Below are positions 13,270 to 25,299 of a DNA stretch of 64,000 nt, one piece after another. The stretch is from Tubulanus polymorphus. Taxonomy: Eukaryota; Animalia; Nemertea. The notes under the pieces were generated by a model. That model searched no databases and was not told where the DNA came from. It worked only from the letters and a program-made list of their open reading frames with translations. Position 1 is the first letter of the stretch. Every line of letters starts with the position of its first letter. The stretch lies in NCBI RefSeq assembly GCF_964204645.1, contig NC_134032.1:8730275-8794274 (forward strand). The letters are read 5' to 3'. The translations under genes were made by a program, and so were the position numbers.

Positions 13270-13810
13270 CAACGGCAAAAGCGTCCCCTAGTGACGGAAA
13301 TGGGCGTAAGCTTTTGAAAAACTCCCCATCGTAACAGTGGTGACGCCTAGCGACGAAAATCGACAGGTTTTTTGTGAACCTGATCACAGTAGTAGCGACC
13401 CCTAGTGACTAGAACAGATAAATGGACTCTGATGGCAGTCATGGAGCAGCGACTTCTAGTGGCTAGAATAGACATAATGGGATGCTGGTTAATCGCCTTG
13501 TAGAGTCGGTGCCCCCTATTGACCAGAGCGTTGTTGTTAACCCCCATACAGTATATTTGTTAATTTCCCCTATAAAGGTAGCGACCCCTAGTGACTGGAA
13601 CAGATATGCAGATCCTCGATCCTCATAACAGTCGTGGGGTGACCCCTAGTGGCTAGAGCAGACACAATTGGATGCTGATTAATCTTTTAACCTCTAACAG
13701 TAAGCTATTTGTTAACTTTCCTTATAACACTAGTGATCTAGTGACGAGAACAGACTCGAAATATCTGCTTGCAGATAGTTCTACAAGAGCGACACCTAGA
13801 GAGCAAACAA
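13270..13810. repeat. Degenerate ~55-70 bp tandem array with core agcgacccctagtgactagaacaga (CTCF-motif-like on minus strand)
   Basis: About 8 copies of the core near 13281, 13395, 13448, 13510, 13580, 13640, 13735, 13788. Confidence 0.75.
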
Positions 13811-15759
13811 ATGCAATTTCTGACTTATTTTCTTACAGACAAAACGGCTCTAGCGAAGAAAACCACGAATCCTTTTCGGTGAACTATCAGAAGTACTATG
13901 GATTTTCGTATGTAGTGGTTAATGGGTGCTTTATGTGCGCGGCAACGGCGGCGGCGAGCTTAGCGTTAATGTACCCCCTAGAGTTAGAGAAAAAACACCG
14001 CGCCGAGTTAATAAACCGATAAACAGTGACCGCTGACGGGCTCTACGTGACCAGAATTAACCATCCGAGTGCGAACTCACTCGCCGCAGCTAGAGCCAGC
14101 ATCCCCGTAGCGTAATATCCGCTTAGTGTGATTTGATATCTTCGAACGATGGAAAACCCGATACGAAATACTCGTTTTTAGTCCGTTTTTAATGCGCGTC
14201 GTTCTTTTGTGCCAGACAGGAGTGAAATACATGAAATCTCGACATGATGTCACCATCAAAATAGCTTCTCCAGTAAAGATGGAGGCCTTATTAAGTGCCC
14301 CAAATGACATCATCAAATAATCCCTGTAGATCGGACTCTTCCGAAGAGGCGACCGACCCCTACATGAATCCCCTATGACGTCATAAAATTCCAGGAATCA
14401 TACGTTTCTCCATAATTCCCTAACATGACCACCCAGTTCTATTGATCGTCTATTTTTAGTCTATTTCAGTGCGCATGCATACACGTGGTTGCCTTCTTAA
14501 ATCACCCTTTGACGTAATTAAATTACCCCTGTTGGACACTTCCATAGAAGATATCGAATCCACCGATGCACCTATGACATCACCAAACTGCAGAAACGAT
14601 AAACTTCCCCATTCATCCCTCAGTATAAGATCATATAAACCAAATACGTACTAGACACTTTTAGAAAGATATTCGTTTTCAGTAATCACCCTTTGACATC
14701 ATCATTACCCTTCCATAAAGCTACATACTTGGCTGGCTATAGAAATCCACAACATTTCCAACACATACAAATAGCATAACATTTAACGAAATCCGAACAC
14801 ATTTTACTCATTCCTGTTAGCTGCGGCATGCGAGGTCGACACCAACTCCGGCAAGCGACTTCCATAAAACCATAGTTAAAGAAAAGTATAAGAGTATACG
14901 ATTAAACCTACCTCGTTCGAAATCGACTCGGTCGAAGCGGAACTTCTTAATTTCTTCGACATTTTTGATTGAAATCCTCGACCGTACGTATACTAATTGG
15001 AAACAAATTCTCCAGATATATCGCGGGAAGTTCCCGGAACGAGCGAGATTTGGTATCGTGTATACTCCTATTACCGGAATTTCAAACAACAGTAGAACAT
15101 GTTCTCGATCACTTCTGCGCCGAACGCAGACGGTTTTTCAATCAGCCAGTTCCGCGATGAAATAAAAGTTCTCTTTATCGCGTTCCTTTCGCGTTCCTAG
15201 TCTAAAAAGTCCTATCGTTTCTACGCTCTATTATAGGTGGCTCCTGGTTTCAATGGACACGGGGTAATTTTCCGAAAATTCGATACTCCGTTTGACCTAA
15301 ATTATCGCTCGACTTCGGTTTCCGATGCTCGAAAATGTCAATTCTAGGATGCATAATTCTAGGGCAAGAACAGAAGGTGCTGACATTGATTTGATTGGAC
15401 GACGAGGTTAAAAAAACTTCGCTATGAATTATTTTTTTGAATATCGCAACGTTAAGCTTTGTTTAGAATCTGAATTAATTTTTGGTTTTCAACTATGACC
15501 ATTATTGCCGAATGATAACTTTTTTGATTTGACTGAAATTTAGTGTAAAATCATAAAGTCGAGAAAACGAATGCGACAGAAAATGGTGTAGCATTTCTCT
15601 ATATTAAGAGACAGCTCCGAGACCTGTAGGAAATACCCGCAACAGGACAAGATCGACGTAGAAAATCCGATAAATCGGGTAAAATCTAGGATTTGTGAGG
15701 ATTCGTCCGTAGCCGGTTAGGACTTGCCCTTGGGACTCTATTCGGCCATTCTCACTTAC

Positions 15760-15883
15760 CGGGGCTCGGGTGCCTTACAAAAAAACGCAAAGGCAACCAC
15801 AATTTGGCAAGCGAGAATATGAACACAGTCGGCCGTATTTTGCGGTAGCGTCGTCGATTCACACTCTCTTCCAAAGCACATGG
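15760..15883 (-). CDS. Candidate exon PCALEESVNRRRYRKIRPTVFIFSLAKLWLPLRFFVRHPSP
   Basis: gtcctacag| acceptor, strong |gtaagt donor, 124 nt, phase 0->1, joins 22694 in frame (a second frame is also open). Confidence 0.5.
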
Positions 15884-16904
15884 CTGTAGGACGACCACGC
15901 AGATTTTCACTCGCGGTGGGATAAGGGTACATTTCAATATTCTAGAAAGAACCTCATCAACCGTGTTTGAACGAAACATCGCATGAGCCTCGAGGTTTCG
16001 GTGACATTTCACTGATCCTCTCTGTTTACGTTCGTTTGCGCGCCTGATTCGATGATGTATCGCGCGACATATCGAAATCCAATTCTTCGACAGACGGGAA
16101 ACTATGCGAGTCGAAAATGACGTTAGGATTTGACGCATAAAACGACCTCAAAAGCGTATCGGTCTCGAAGGGGTCGCGGTTTATCGGAAATCACGACAGC
16201 CGGAGTAGATATCGGCGTCAAGAGCTGAAAGCCGCCAGCCTTCAAAAACCGCAGACGCGCTAATGGTCTTAATGTCGCGGAATGGATTCCACTTTTGGCG
16301 AGTAAGCTATAGGATGCAATGGGATACCGGCAACGCTACAGTGGCAAGCGAGGATTCGGTGATTATCCGCTACGATCGCTAGTGGCACTCGCGTTTCAAT
16401 TTCCTTCTACATCTCAATTAAATTCGAACCGACTTTCTCATCAGTAAACTAGAAACGTAATTGGAAATCCACTATCCTGTCGCAATGGAGGAATGTGACC
16501 ATCCATCAACAGGACATCCATTGCAAAAACAAGCTCGGCACCAGAACTAACAGAAATCTTGTTAGTTCACGCTTTATCAGTTTTAGAACGATTCGTGAAC
16601 CAATCAGTGACTTTTACTCAAAGCGTGAAGTGCTCTTCGTTGTCATTGGCCAGCAAATTCCAAATTCCCAGCAAGACCAATCATAGTCCCACTGTAAACT
16701 AGCTCCACCTGGTGGACGTTACTTTTCACAAGCGAAGTTCAATATTGACCCAGTAGTTGATGCCCCGCTGCACACTAGCATACCTGGTGGATCACCATTT
16801 GCCTTGCTAGGTGGAATGCGCTAACCACAGTGGGTAGTTGATGCACTCAACAAACACACTGGCGCACCTGGTGGATCCTCACTTGCCACAGATTTACTTT
16901 TTAG

Positions 16905-17140
16905 TCAAAGGCTTGGGGAAGGTTAAATAAAAATCCCCAGGCTTAGCTTTGCCCGGCTCCTAGTACCCCCAAAGGCACCCTGCTACCGGGACCAAGAGCT
17001 GGGTGGGCAGACTAGGCTCATGGCCTCGATAGGCAACCCGTCTAAGAGACGGGCAACTCTGATTCCGAACCCGGGCGTTTGGAGCTCGAAGCCTTGTTAG
17101 GCAGTACATCTAGGAGACGAACACTCCAGATTCGTGCTCG
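16905..17140 (+). mobile_element. Possible RTE-clade LINE 5' UTR remnant
   Basis: Twice-repeated ggcaacccgtctaagagacgggcaactctgattc / ggcagtacatctaggagacgaacactccagattc resembles, from memory, RTE 5' UTRs; GC-rich hairpin ~16941-17018; no RT ORF follows. Confidence 0.35.
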
Positions 17141-17224
17141 CCACAGCCGTCTTAATCCACTAAACCACCGTGGCTGTGTAGAGTGGGGCCTGGTTGGCGC
17201 GCACTGGGTCTTCTTCACTGATTC

Positions 17225-17560
17225 TCGGATCTTCGGCATCATCCCTCGGCAGGGATTCGAACCCGATGGCATTGCTACACTCAGCCACGGCGCGAAACCC
17301 TGCCACACATAGACCAGATGCGCAGGCACTTGCGCAGTTTTGCCGCACGAAAACTTTGCGGCACCAATCAGATTGCTCGTTGTATCATCGCTGAGGTAAG
17401 TTTCACGGAAGAGCTATAAATGGGAAAACCTGGGCTAAATTAAAATGGGATATCTGATACCGGAAATGACATATGTAGCTGTGCACTCGGTCTTTTAGTG
17501 TGGCAATCTCGATACCATCAGGTTCGAATCCCTGCCGGGGGAGGATGCCGATCCTCGGAA
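17225..17560. mobile_element. Non-autonomous element with ~55 bp terminal inverted repeats containing a Pol III B-box; partial second copy ~34215-34410
   Basis: cggcatcatccctcggcagggattcgaacccgatgg vs ccatcaggttcgaatccctgccgggggaggatgccg; body (tgcgcag..tgcgcag..caatcagattgc..gctgagg..tttcac..ggaaaa) shared with 34215-34410. Confidence 0.7.
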
Positions 17561-20124
17561 AATGTCCACAGCTTATGCATACGTACATACATGGCCCATA
17601 TACACGTGTCTGTTTCGATTATTTCCGTGTATGTGTGTGTTTAGAGTATACAAACACATACAGATAGCGGGTATCACCCTGGCCTAGAGCTCTTTTCCGA
17701 GCTGCTGAACACACACCCAATTATTACCGAGTCAGACGCTTTAAAGGCTCTGTCCTTAAAGATATATACAGCGCAGTGTCGTGTAACGAAGTAGGTAATC
17801 GTTACAGAGAACAGTAATAAAAAAAACACCCGTAAAACGATATCAACGTTTACGTTAGATTTTGCGTATGTAAGCTATGCATATGAACATATATACACCG
17901 GTTCTATCGATTTCTTTTCGTTTCGACGTCTGAATTGGTTGAATTACGTAATTTCGGAAAAAAGTTAATCAATCAATGAATTAATTATGAAAACGTTGAC
18001 AAACGTAATCAAAGATATCGAAATGTTTTAAGCGTTGGTATTATTCATATACTACGTTTCTTGAAATACGTTATCTTTTTTTAGAAGAGAATTATCTACG
18101 TAATATTTAGGATTTTTAGCGTTGGACCAGGCCCGAGCAGAATTTTAGCACGGGACAAATGAATGCGTACGGATTCCAACTGGTTCCCGAATGACCCTCT
18201 TCGCTTCGTTTCGAGCCCGAAACTTTTTGTCTTAGAATTTTTCGATTCTAATTCTTGATTGTGATAAACTTTCGTTTTTAATTCTTTTAAATCTGTTTTA
18301 TAATGTGGGTTTTAACTCCGTTATCTATTGGTTTCTAATGACAAACGACTGCATCTGATATCGATAAAGTAAAAACCCAAAGTAGAATGAAAAAACGTAG
18401 AAGAGAATTAGATTTAGAAGAAATGGCTCATATAGAATCGAGCCGAAACTGCATTAGATTCTCTTCTAGTTTTTTTAAGCTATTTGACTACCTAGAAAAA
18501 ATGCTTCCAGCCTACGTACACACGCTACCAGTGCACACACTCCATGACGTAAGGTCTTTCAACTGTTGTACTGTTCTCCAAGGATCGACTAGACAGTTGA
18601 ACGTTTTGAGTCCCGGGTGGTATCTACTAAACGCATGTGATAGCACAGTACGAAAATTTGTAAATTTTCTGAGGTCGCAATAAATCGAATGAAATGAATA
18701 AAAAAAGTTTAGGGAAGAGTAATAAATTGCGAAGATAGAAACTATTGAATCAATGTCCAAATTCTAATCAATATTTTTTTCAATTTCATCCGTATAAATT
18801 TCATTTGTCAATTTTTTTAATCGTGGTTTTTTGGATCAGGAAAATAATGCTCCTCAAGGTCTCTTCGATTCGAAGTGACGGATCGACATTTCAGTTTCAC
18901 AAATCCCAATTAAAAAAGTTCGAATTTTTAGTTGCAAATAGTTCAATATAATTTTATGACTCCGAACGGCAACTCGGAACTTACGGTACATGTAGGCCAT
19001 CCTAGATCCAGTTGTTCCACAGTTCTGAGTCAAAATTTGACTGTTGAGTTGAGGAAATAGTTCATTATTCACAATAATGGTATTCTATCCGACGGTGAAC
19101 AGTTCCCGGTGGTCCAAAAATCCAAAGTCCAGTTGCAAATACCCCTACTATAGTATCCAAATACCGTACAATTTTTTGTACTTTTTCTTCACTATGCTTT
19201 ACACGATGTAGATGTACCTTCTTTAACTTGTTCTCTTAAGTGATCGTGGTGAATGTTTTTTTTTTGTATTGTATTTTTTTAGTAAAGCAATTAACCTACA
19301 TAATAATGATAATGATGGTGATACCCCACCGCCGGAAAAATCTAAAATTTCAGTTGCAAATACTTCCCAGAAAATTCGTGAAGCCACTTAGTTGCTAAAA
19401 TTCCCAACAATTACGCGGTTACCTAAATTGTCTTCGGCGTACACTCGTAGGCGAATCCGAACATTCAGTTCAGAAATCCTTCCTGAAAAATCCAATATCC
19501 GACTTCGAAAATAAAACACAATTGCTTGAAAATCCTGCCCAAATCCAGGCTCAATAGTGCCACAATCACTGGCATGAGGGACGAATTCCGCAATCGGAGC
19601 GACAATCTAGATCAAACGAATTCAAATTTAGAGCGAACCGTTATCCTAACGCCTATCCTAAGTAAGGCTGATAATTAAAACGAGAATTTGGTAGCCCACT
19701 TTGCTGCACCCCAGTCGCTGTCTCTGACCTCCTCCTCGCTGGTCTACTTGTGCGCCGTTTTTACTGCGTTAACGCGAATTTACATTTAACACGTATTACA
19801 AATTACATACAACACTTTTATCGTTTAAACCTACGCCCAAATATTCTATAACGCTGTCCTCAACGCGACGCCGCCGAGTCAAACGCGCACAGATACTATA
19901 GACGTCTGTCATTCGCAGAAGAACTTTTGAAATATTCTATTCATATCGGAAAATATATCCGCTTCCTAAATCCCTCTACGGCATCGTCAGATCACCGCAT
20001 CAATCTTCACATTAGCAATTTTTACACCCTTGTAAACCACGCGTATACCATTTCTAAAAAATGTTTCTGCTTTTTTAAATCTATCTTCGACGTCATCGAA
20101 TTACGTCTGCGGAGCTTTGCAGAA

Positions 20125-20480
20125 AAATGGCTGTATCCATGAATCTCCCTATGACATCATTAAACCGGTATCTCCATGAATCCCCCTAAGACATCATCAA
20201 CCCTATAGGCCCTTTAGGAAAAGATACCTGCCTCCATAAATCTCCTATGACATCATCAAACTACCCATATAGGCCCTACAGGAAAAGATGGCTGCCTTCA
20301 TAAATCCCCACTTGACATCATCAAACTATCCCTATAAATAGGCCCCTCAGGAAAAGATGGCTGCCTCCATAAATCTCCTATGACATCATCAAACTATCCC
20401 TATATATAAGCCCTTCAGTTATGCTGCCTCTATAAATGGCTGCCTTTATAAATCCCCACTTGACATAATCAAATTCCCTA
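20125..20480 (+). repeat. Best-preserved cluster of the ~57-60 bp tgacatcatcaaa satellite (~6 units)
   Basis: Units ggaaaagatggctgcctccataaatctcctatgacatcatcaaactacccatataggccc. Confidence 0.85.
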
Positions 20481-20924
20481 CTGCTAATTACACGTTTTTA
20501 CGTGTCTACAGGATCCAATCGGTAGCAGGCGATCGGGTGACGTCATAGGGGGATATATATCGAGATATATTTACATATTCGCGAGTTAAACGGATTCGCA
20601 ACCATAGTAACGAGCCGATAAACCGGCATTTCGTGTAATGTGTAAAGGTTTCGTTGTTCGGTTATGTATGATATATTTTGATTACTGCGACAGAGAAATT
20701 CGCCATCGATAATGTTGTCTATAGAACTCTCCGATATACGCAACGCGTTTATGTGTGCGTGCGTGCGTGCGTGTGCGGGAATGGTTTGTACCACACCCTT
20801 GATTGTCACGCGCGATGTAACTCAATTACATCGACGAATATTAAGTTACGCGCGCTGTTTGGATTCTGATTGATGACTTCATTCCGAAATTCGTTATCTT
20901 ATCTTTTTTTCTAAATTCGGTTTT

Positions 20925-21090
20925 AATACTCTTAACCCACTGAGCGCCACGCACGGTGTTATCAGCGGGTTCGGTGTTTCTTTTCCCAGTTGGGGAGAGA
21001 GAAACCAGATGAAAACCTTCGACCAAAGGAATTCGTCGCCACCAGGATTCGAACCCACCAACCCATAGATTGACGAGGACAGTACCAATT
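20925..21090 (-). mobile_element. tRNA-derived SINE-like remnant
   Basis: Minus strand gggttcgaatcctgg B-box followed by ggttttcatctggtttctctctcccca body; no clear A-box. Confidence 0.45.
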
Positions 21091-22693
21091 TTTAGAACTG
21101 TAACTGCGTCCGATTGTCGCAGCCGAGAAACATGAAATAAAAACCACCAGAAAATGCAAATTGACATCTTTTTATCGATATGTTCGTTGCTTAAATTTTT
21201 GTGGCAAAAGGGGTATGAACGACTATAAATCGTGCTAAAGGTTTTAGTGTGGAAACATGTTAGAAATGTTAAAATCTGTCCCACAACGCGGGATCCGCGG
21301 TCCATCTCAAAATGGTCCCTGGTAACTGAAAACTTATCTTTTGTCAACTCTTGGATTTGATTGATAATTTTCTGATGGTGGTGGTTAACTAAAATTCTGG
21401 GTCACTCAAATACTTTACATCATCCGAGTTAAACTAGTTTAAAAACGGCAGAGACGCGCCCAGAAACGGGTTGGGAAAAAGTACAAATTACATTCCCTTG
21501 TCTAACTGATTACATCAAGTGGCACGCCCATGATTTTATAGCATTCTATTACAGAATAAAATCCGTTGAAATCAACACAAAACCTCATCGATATTTCGAG
21601 AAAATGATGTAGACCTTTTTTATCTCCCAATTTTCTCTCTTTCCAAAAAACATTTAATGATTCAAATTTAGTAGTCATGCACCATTTTCGATTTTGTTTT
21701 TTTTTTCAGGCATCTACGGATTTTTCTGTGTGAAAGAATTAACATTCTGTAAGTTTCTGGGTCCAGTTGTGCGGTCGAAAGGAATAGATTTAAGGCAAGC
21801 CCATTTCGATTCTGAAGCTGATGTAACAACTTAAAAACGGTTTGAACTCATTTCGATTTTATAGTTAATCTAATTCAAGACCGCATGCAGCTGGACTCAG
21901 GTGTTCATGCTGGGCTCAGGTGTTCATGCTAAGTAAAAAAGGCGTCATCCCTCCTCACCGACATTTCACCAATATTTATTAAATTTTATCCAGTTTTTCT
22001 AAGAAGGTTATTCTTTAAAAGAGTAATTTTTTCTTATCAATTTTCAAAAAAAGTAATTCAGGATTTCTGACTTCCATTATGCAATGGTATGATTCAACCA
22101 AATGTTTCGTATTGTTATTCTAATCTGAATTACAAATATTCTAATTTCATTGAAGGTTTGCAAAAAAGTCTTCATTGAAAGGGGTTGAAAAAAGTGACTC
22201 CATTATTTGAGCGTTTAACAATGTGTATACATGCCTACATAGCAAACTTCAGTTGGTAGGCATTGGGACTGTGAAGCCTTTATTAATTCAAGAAAATGGC
22301 GTCTCTTTTCTATCATGCAATTTCCCATTTCAACGGAGACTTTTTGAAATTCTTCAATACAGTGAAGAATGGTGAATTAAAAAGCGATATTTTAGATCAA
22401 CTTCCAGTCTATTCTGGTCCTATGAAGACTTATCCGGGAATGAACGACCAGAACTGACTGAGCTACTAGTTGGCCACCCTCTCAAGTCAAGTTGAAATAG
22501 ACATGAGCAATCAAACGAGGAGGGATGATCACCGATGGATAATTACTTATCTCAACGTTCTATCATTTATTTTCAAATTTTCAAAATAACGGACTGTTGA
22601 GTCTCGGTTTGGCTCGATCGAAGGGGCCGACGGGAACGTCGGCAGTGCGCGCATGCGTGAGACAGTGATACATACGTTCATTAAATTGTGTAC

Positions 22694-22795
22694 CTCCTCA
22701 CTGCCCAAAATAGTTTTCAGGATGGCATTCCATCTTTGACTGTCGGCTTCGATGTCGATTTCTTCGTCGATGTCGAACGCCGGGTTGGTGTAACT
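22694..22795 (-). CDS. Exon SYTNPAFDIDEEIDIEADSQRWNAILKTILGSEE
   Basis: ctttccag| acceptor, GAG|gtacac donor, 102 nt phase 0->0, joins 28538 in frame; YxNPAF sorting-like motif. Confidence 0.75.
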
Positions 22796-23769
22796 CTGGA
22801 AAGTATTGAGAGAACGTATATATATTAAGAGAAAAACAATATGATCTTCCATAAATTCTCATGCAGTCAGAAATGATCTGTGCTTGGAGTTTACTGGTGG
22901 ATAAAATGCCAAATTATCGATGAGTAAAATCGCACTGCCACTGTGAAATTCTTTTTTAGCTGTTAACTCTCCACATCATAACAGTGATTTTGGATTTAGT
23001 AAATACCCGCAATAAAATGAAAAGTACTTTAGTAGGGAATCCTGACGTTTCGACTACAGGGCTAATCAGAATTCGATCAGAACCTGTTTCAAATAGAGTG
23101 AAAATCATCGCATCAATCGGGGCCCTCGATGGACCGCCATGAAATGGCGCCTAGAAGCTGGAGTTTTTTCATTTGTTATTTGATTTTTCGGAATGGTGAA
23201 TGTATTGAGTCACTGAGCGGAAACTACTCGACCAACTTAATTGAAAATGTCCAGGCTCCAGGGCAAGTAAGGTTTCCAGTATAGGATACACCAGGTTCGC
23301 TAGTGGCTGTACTCGGCTGTACCACGTTTCAATTTCTAATAAATTTGAAATTCGCAATTTGAATTTCTTAAGATTTAGAATTTTTAAATCGAGAGAATTT
23401 TTTCTGATTGGTACATCAAATCTACATCAGACACTGCTGGGAAGGCCAATCGCATACCCATTCGACGATTCGTTTGATAATATTTGGATTTGGGACACTA
23501 GAAACCTAGTCGAAAGTTCAACGAGAATGAAGTAATTTTGACTGCGGAGAACTGACTGTGTGATGTCGCGCATCTGGTATGTACCGGTATAGACCACGGT
23601 TACGCAATCGGAAATCCATTTTAACAGCCACGATTTATGATGAATACGTTTTCGGGAAGCTTTTACGTTTCGGATGAGAGTGTTTGGAAAATTTCGTGAG
23701 CACTTAGGTGCGTTGTTTAATGGACTTTATTTCGATTCCTCCTCAACAATCCAAACGATATGCCAAACT

Positions 23770-24837
23770 GAAGCAATGATTGGTGCCGTTGGTGCTATAT
23801 TGGCGATATCGTGCTGAATTCGACCGGTCATACACAAATCGTTCTTCTATCGTTTTTACCGATCGTATTTACAGTGGGCACGTTCAGTAACGCGGCCAGT
23901 TTACTGGTCATGTCCAGTCAGAAGTTCAGGCACCATTCGTACGCTAATTATGCCATCGCGTTGTCCGTGAGCGATTTCGTGATGTTCTTGGCTTTTGTCG
24001 GGCTTCCGTCGCTACATTGTTGATAAAGTGTCTAAATCTGGAAGGAATACATTTCAGCATTTTTTACCGAATGTGAGTTGTACGATACTACATTTGTGAT
24101 GTTCGCTTATTGCAGTACGTGGTTAGTCGTAGCCGTTTCGATTGAACGCTTAGCAGTCGTGGTATTCCCGTTCTCGGCGCCGTTTTAAGCACTCCCACGT
24201 TTTGCGCGAATCGTCACACCCTTTTCGTGTTTTTCACAAACGCCGTAACTTCGTGTTCGGTGTTCAACCTAGGATCGGCTCAATACTCCGAAAATGACGG
24301 GGGTTGCTACTTACCACATCAGCGCGAAAAAAACTGACTGGATTGAAGCCAACTTTATCATTATCTACATTTCTTTACTGCCCTTTCTGCTGATCACCAT
24401 TTCAAATGCGATCATTGTAGGCGTGTTACACTTCAACAGTCGACAACTGACCGGTTCGACTAGAAACAAAGCTACATCTATCGTTCAAACTACTAAAATG
24501 TTATTGGTCGTATCAATTGTATTTCTATCAACGCTGGTTCCTCGAGCTACCGTAGTTACGTTGGTCACGTTACCAGCGAATCATGCCGAATTAATCGTCA
24601 ACATATTCGGCATGTTCCGCTGCTGTAATTACACCGTTTAATTTCTTCATTTATATCCTTGTCGGCAACGACGTCCGGGCCTTCGTCCGATTAAAGTTAT
24701 CAGCGGTATACGCAGTGACGACCAATGAAAATCCCCAACTTCACGTGTTTAAACCAGCGAACAATATATGTTCTGAGTTTGAAATTATCGAATCTTTTTT
24801 CATGGTCAAGTCGTCCGCTCAAATGACGCCTATTTAG
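23770..24837 (+). pseudogene. Intronless rhodopsin-family (class A) GPCR pseudogene, FMRFamide/peptide-receptor-like
   Basis: TM1 GTFSNAASLLVM, TM2 ALSVSDF, TM3 CELY...STWLVVAVSIERLAVVVFPF, TM5 LLPFLLITISNAII, TM6 TTKMLLVVSIVFLSTLVP, TM7 NYTV-NFFIYILVG; pieces separated by stops/frameshifts near 24020, 24185, 24640. Confidence 0.88.
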
Positions 24838-25299
24838 TGGATAAATTACCATCCTTTAGGAGTAACCATCCTTAAGAATTCAGGCAGCAATGTGCCTGAG
24901 AAACGGAAAATCGACAGTAGCAAGCGCGGGAGTTAAACAGTGTTTCGTAATAAGTCCGTCAGATGGCGAAGCGGTTGTTTGCAATTTCTGAAAGATCAAC
25001 GCACCAATAACGAAGCTAAAGTAATCGGTTCGAATAGATTTTTTATTCTAAGAGAGGCGGAGATTATTCCAGGCTCGATTACTCAACTGTGGAGTCAGCC
25101 CACGTTAACTGCCGACAGCGGAACTAATCCTGAATCCTGAAGAAAAGCCTAAGCTATTTAGACCTGGCACCACGTACGTAGAACGACACACAAATAGTTA
25201 CTCACTGAGTGGGCCCATGGCGTATGACGGGATTAAGTCACATAACAAAAATGTAGATCTTGGTTCGGACGCATGAAAACCACGAAATGGTGGCACTGG

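Noticed and set aside
16428-16445. Minus-strand CTGATGAGAAAGTC
   Set aside because: No helix II between the core segments
18100-18300. Minus-strand open frame DLKELKTKV...KRRGSFGNQ
   Set aside because: Poor acceptor and no upstream phase-compatible exon found
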